Shown here one piece after another: positions 60,395-64,000 of a stretch of DNA of 64,000 nucleotides. This DNA comes from a candidate division FCPU426 bacterium (GTDB taxonomy: Bacteria > Oederibacteriota > Muellerivitia > Muellerivitales > Muellerivitaceae). Made by a program: the position numbers and the translations under genes. The DNA is taken from the NCBI GenBank assembly GCA_963796105.1, contig CAWCKJ010000011.1:64001-128000 (forward strand), given 5' to 3'. The notes beneath the pieces are model-generated. The model had not been told where the DNA came from. It ran no database searches and was given only the letters and a program-made list of their open reading frames with translations. Position 1 is the stretch's first letter; every line of letters starts with the position of its first letter.

Positions 60395-61116
60395 GCTTTC
60401 CTCGGCCATTCGACTTTGTCGGAAGTCATCCGGTAAAGGCACCAGCCGCTGCCTTTCTCGTCGTACTGTGTCCCCACTTTTAAAGTGCCGAAAACCGTGA
60501 CCGGCACGTCCATGATCGCCTCGGCGGTTTTTCCCCGGTCCATGTCCACGTAAATCCACTGGTTGAGGTTTGGGATCGCCCCGTAACAGCAGGTGGCCCG
60601 GCTTTGCGCCAGGATGAAAGTGCGCGCGTTGTTTCTCTCCACCGTCATGGGAATCATGAAACCCACCACCGATATTTTTTGCCCGTCCAAAGCCAGGATG
60701 TTGGATGGGACTTTTGAAAGTGACGCTTCGGTCCTTGAACCGGCTCCAGCCCCGAGGTTATCCAAGGGCGGTTTACCGGAGGGGAAACCGCTCAGGGTAT
60801 CGAAACCCAGTTGGAAATAATCCCCGGATTTGGGGTAGGGGATTTTCAACCCCGCCGGTTCGGCGGGAATTCCAGGTTCCTTTTGGTTTACGGCATAGGA
60901 TTTCCCGGCTTCCTCCCTGTGTGCCTGGTCCTTCCAGTATTGGGTCATTGAGGGGGTAATGGTCCCCTTCAAGAGAATCAGGAACATCACCAACCCAGCT
61001 ATCCCCGTGAAAATAATGATGGCCCAAAAGCTTGAGTCCCTCGGGGGAATGGAGGATTGGTACTCGACTTTTATCCTCTTTTTCCCCGGCCAGGCGTTTC
61101 GGATATAGGTTTTCAT
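60385..61116 (-). CDS. DUF3299 (ZrgE-like) protein
   Basis: LDGQKISVVGFMIP..FIL..CCYG..PNLNQWI. Confidence 0.82.
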   Translation of the reverse strand: MKTYIRNAWPGKKRIKVEYQSSIPPRDSSFWAIIIFTGIAGLVMFLILLKGTITPSMTQYWKDQAHREEAGKSYAVNQKEPGIPAEPAGLKIPYPKSGDYFQLGFDTLSGFPSGKPPLDNLGAGAGSRTEASLSKVPSNILALDGQKISVVGFMIPMTVERNNARTFILAQSRATCCYGAIPNLNQWIYVDMDRGKTAEAIMDVPVTVFGTLKVGTQYDEKGSGWCLYRMTSDKVEWPRKAWF

Positions 61117-61136
61117 CCCGTTTCCTTACCTTTCAC

Positions 61137-61760
61137 TCACCACATGGATTCCTTGGGGACGATGACTTTGTCCGCCACCATCCGGTAAAGGCTCCAGCCC
61201 ATGTCGGCCTTTTTCCTCTCGCCGACGGAGAGCGTCCCAAAAACCGTCACGGGCACGTCCATGATGGCGTCGGCGTCCTTCTCCCCGCCCATGCGCACGA
61301 ACATCCACTCGTTCATCTTGGGGGTGATGCCGTAACAACAGGTCGCCTGGCTCCTGGCCAGGATGAAGGAGGTGGCCTTGTCCCCGGCCTCGTTCGTGTC
61401 GATGGGGATCATGAATCCCACGACCGCGATATCCACCCTGTCCAATTTCTTTACGAATGCCGGGACGGGGAATTTTTTCTTTTTCAGCCTCAATTTGGGG
61501 TCGATCTCCTCATCCATATCGGGGGCGTCATACTTGAAATGCGCGAGTGTGTCCCAAGTGACCAGGGGGCGGCCTTCCAGCTTGGGATATACGGTGATGG
61601 GGGCTGATTTCAGGTCCACCGCCGTGATCGGGTAGATCGCCGGAGCCGGACCGGCCGGTCGGCCCGAAATGGGTTTGACGGAAATCATCCATCCCGCCGC
61701 CAGCAGGACCCCTAATCGCAGGCTGAAAACAAACTTTTTTTGAAACGGACTATTTTTCAA
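61137..61760 (-). CDS. DUF3299 (ZrgE-like) protein
   Basis: VTWDTL..GFMIP..FIL..CCYG..PKMNEW. Confidence 0.82.
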   Translation of the reverse strand: MKNSPFQKKFVFSLRLGVLLAAGWMISVKPISGRPAGPAPAIYPITAVDLKSAPITVYPKLEGRPLVTWDTLAHFKYDAPDMDEEIDPKLRLKKKKFPVPAFVKKLDRVDIAVVGFMIPIDTNEAGDKATSFILARSQATCCYGITPKMNEWMFVRMGGEKDADAIMDVPVTVFGTLSVGERKKADMGWSLYRMVADKVIVPKESMW

Positions 61761-61787
61761 AATCGCCTCCGTATTCGCGCTTGAGCC

Positions 61788-62429
61788 TCAATTAAACCAA
61801 GGTTTATCTGTAGGGATTCCGACCTTATCGGATACCATCCGGTAAAGGCACCATCCCTTATTCGCATGGTCGTATTTCGCGCCTACGCTTAAAGTCCCGA
61901 ATACCGTGATTGGGACATCCATTTTCCACTCGGTTGACTTTCCCTTTTCCATCGTGACGTCGATCCACTGGTTCAGTTTGGGGGCGATGCCGTAACAACA
62001 AGTCATCTGGCTTTGGGCGAGGATGAATGACAACACCCGGTACTTTTCCGAGAGCATCGGGATCATGAAACCCTCCACCATGACTTTCCTGCCGTCCAAG
62101 GCCCGGATGGATTCAGGGACTTCCTGTCGCTTATTCCGGACCGTTTCTTTCGGCTCAAACGGATCGCTGTTTAAATCATCCCGCCGGGTGTTCATGTCAT
62201 CCGTTTCGTCCGGGGAATCAATCGTGTAGGAACTGAGCAAGTCGAAACCGACCTTTAAATATCCGTCCGACTCGGGAAAACGGGTCATGGGCTTAAACCC
62301 ATCGCTCTTCATTTCCATAACTTCTCCGGGAATGACGAGTAACAGCAGGATCAGGCCCATCCAAACCAGGCTAAAGGTGCCAAATGCGGCCCCGCGAAAC
62401 CCCGGTCCATTCCCAGGCATTTTTTCCAC
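61788..62429 (-). CDS. DUF3299 (ZrgE-like) protein
   Basis: LDGRKVMVEGFMIP..FIL..CCYG..PKLNQWI. Confidence 0.82.
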   Translation of the reverse strand: MEKMPGNGPGFRGAAFGTFSLVWMGLILLLLVIPGEVMEMKSDGFKPMTRFPESDGYLKVGFDLLSSYTIDSPDETDDMNTRRDDLNSDPFEPKETVRNKRQEVPESIRALDGRKVMVEGFMIPMLSEKYRVLSFILAQSQMTCCYGIAPKLNQWIDVTMEKGKSTEWKMDVPITVFGTLSVGAKYDHANKGWCLYRMVSDKVGIPTDKPWFN

Positions 62430-62430
62430 C

Positions 62431-62919
62431 TTATTTCCCAGTAGAATCCGGGGGTTTTACGCCCTCGTTTCCCTCGGGATAGAGGAACCAAACGTTTTTA
62501 AAGGCCACGCCCTTCGCCTTGATAGCGGCGATGGTTCCCTCGAACTTTTCCACACCCTTGAGTTTTTTCGTTATTCCCTTGTATTCGGAAGTGTCGCCGG
62601 CGGTCTCCCCCGTCAAGGCATCGGCTACGGGAAGAAGCTTCACCACGTAAGGCCCGGTTTTTCCCTTCACCTTGACTTGGATCGACGCTTGGGAAATCCT
62701 CACCGGATTTTCCGCCTCCCCGTCCAGGACGAAAGCGTCCAGTTCCCCCGTCGAGGAATCCAAAAGAAGCTCCACATGGGCGAATTCCTCACCCAATACC
62801 ACCAATGTCCCGTGATGCGGCGGATGATGTTCGTGGGCTGAAACTTGCGCGGCAAAGAGGAGAAACATCGGTATCATCAAAACCGAAGCCAAAATTTTTA
62901 ATATTTTTTCATTTTTCAT
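62431..62919 (-). CDS. Exported His-rich putative metal-binding protein
   Basis: Signal peptide followed by HEHHPPHHG..HVEL. Confidence 0.75.
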   Translation of the reverse strand: MKNEKILKILASVLMIPMFLLFAAQVSAHEHHPPHHGTLVVLGEEFAHVELLLDSSTGELDAFVLDGEAENPVRISQASIQVKVKGKTGPYVVKLLPVADALTGETAGDTSEYKGITKKLKGVEKFEGTIAAIKAKGVAFKNVWFLYPEGNEGVKPPDSTGK

Positions 62920-62944
62920 CTCAAGTCTCCTTTTTGTTTTCAAA

Positions 62945-64000
62945 CTAAGACAAGGGGTCCAAATTACGGGCCACGTCGGTGGAATAAGCCCTGAGGGCCG
63001 GAACGAGCCCGGAAATCGCGCCCAGGACCGTCATGCCGATGGGTACGGATAACAGGGAGGGATGAAACTGGAACACGTCCAGCACCACGCCCGTCTGCTG
63101 GCGCACCACTAAGGCGGTCACGGAAAAAATGGCCAAGTAGATGCCGTACCCGGCGAGGGAGCCCATTCCCGCGATGGCGGTTGCTTCCAATACGATGGCT
63201 GAAAACACCGTGGAACGCTTGGCGCCCAGTGACCGCAAAATGGCGAACTCCCGCCGCCGCTCGTTCAGGGTGTTATATAAACTGGAAAGGATGGAGGCGG
63301 CGGCCACCAGCATCACCAGGTAGGCCACCAGGGTGAGTATCTTCGTCACCCACCCCATCTTGTCGAAAAGCTCCGCCATCACCTTACCGATAGGCCAGGC
63401 CAGGGTCGCCACTTTGCCCTGGCGGTTGATGGTTTGGTCCAGCATGAAACCCGCCTGGGGGCTGAAGAACTTCAACATGACGGCGGATACTTCCTTGTCG
63501 GCGTCCGGTATTTCCATGCCCTCCTTGGCCGTGTATTCCTTCCCGGTTCCCCGAAGGACATGGCCCTTCATGCGGTACACGCCGTCGATGGGAATCCAAA
63601 TGACCCGGTCCGAGGGGGTGTTCGTCGGCTGGAGAACGCCTACCACCTGGAAAACTTCCTCGTGCTGCATATTGGGATCGAAGAAAAGCCCGTGGTAAGG
63701 TTTGAAGGTGGAGCCAACCTGGAGGCCCAGTTTCCGCGCCGCGAAACTGCCGATCACGGCCTCCCTTTTCGCCGGGTCGAATACCCGCCCGCCCGGCTGG
63801 ACCAGAAGATGCCGGCCGTTTTGGTACTCGAATTTCGTGAAGATGTCCCCGGTTGTCCCGACGATGCGGTACCCGAAATAGTTGTCCCCCACCGCGTAGG
63901 GAACGGCCAGTTCCACCCTCGGGTCTTTTTTCACCGCCGCGTAAAGCGACCAGGGAATGTTGCCGGGGGAAGTTTCCAATTGGAAAACCGCGTTCAGGAC
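62945..64000 (-). CDS. FtsX/MacB-type ABC permease (ZrgC-like), 5' end outside the window
   Basis: VGDNYFGYRIVGT, ERRREFAILRSLGA, PALRAY. Confidence 0.88.
   Translation of the reverse strand, partial: VLNAVFQLETSPGNIPWSLYAAVKKDPRVELAVPYAVGDNYFGYRIVGTTGDIFTKFEYQNGRHLLVQPGGRVFDPAKREAVIGSFAARKLGLQVGSTFKPYHGLFFDPNMQHEEVFQVVGVLQPTNTPSDRVIWIPIDGVYRMKGHVLRGTGKEYTAKEGMEIPDADKEVSAVMLKFFSPQAGFMLDQTINRQGKVATLAWPIGKVMAELFDKMGWVTKILTLVAYLVMLVAAASILSSLYNTLNERRREFAILRSLGAKRSTVFSAIVLEATAIAGMGSLAGYGIYLAIFSVTALVVRQQTGVVLDVFQFHPSLLSVPIGMTVLGAISGLVPALRAYSTDVARNLDPLS

Overview
64 kb of a GC-rich chromosome from a diderm, probably anaerobic bacterium (TonB system, HdrA, PilZ and CIA30-type proteins; lineage not determinable from this window). 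In order it holds: an assimilatory sulfate reduction locus (DUF2061-cysH-cysD-cysNC-cysG with divergent cysI) behind a structured, terminator-ending leader; a porin/cupredoxin/Cache-HAMP-adenylate cyclase module split by a 112-bp IS200/IS605-type palindromic element; and a large sulfur/persulfide redox region (CoA-disulfide reductase-rhodanese, rhodaneses, thioredoxins, two BigR/SqrR-like ArsR regulators, and an operon of atypical MvhD, TusA, two HdrA, a QmoC-like protein and DsrE2) containing an IS1595 insertion and a duplication scar. It continues with a K+ locus (c-di-AMP riboswitch-kimA, kdpFABC with extra small membrane ORFs); an AT-rich two-gene island (DUF6602-like nuclease plus NTPase-TIR); carbohydrate esterases; a 21-bp tandem array next to a complete IS21 element; and a metal-uptake operon (Zrg-like permease, three DUF3299 paralogues, DUF2946/CruR-like RSPP leader, TonB-dependent receptor, exbBD-tonB). 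Intergenic spaces carry at least five families of palindromic non-coding repeats. No rRNA, tRNA or CRISPR array was seen. All family calls come from motif recognition by eye, not database searches.
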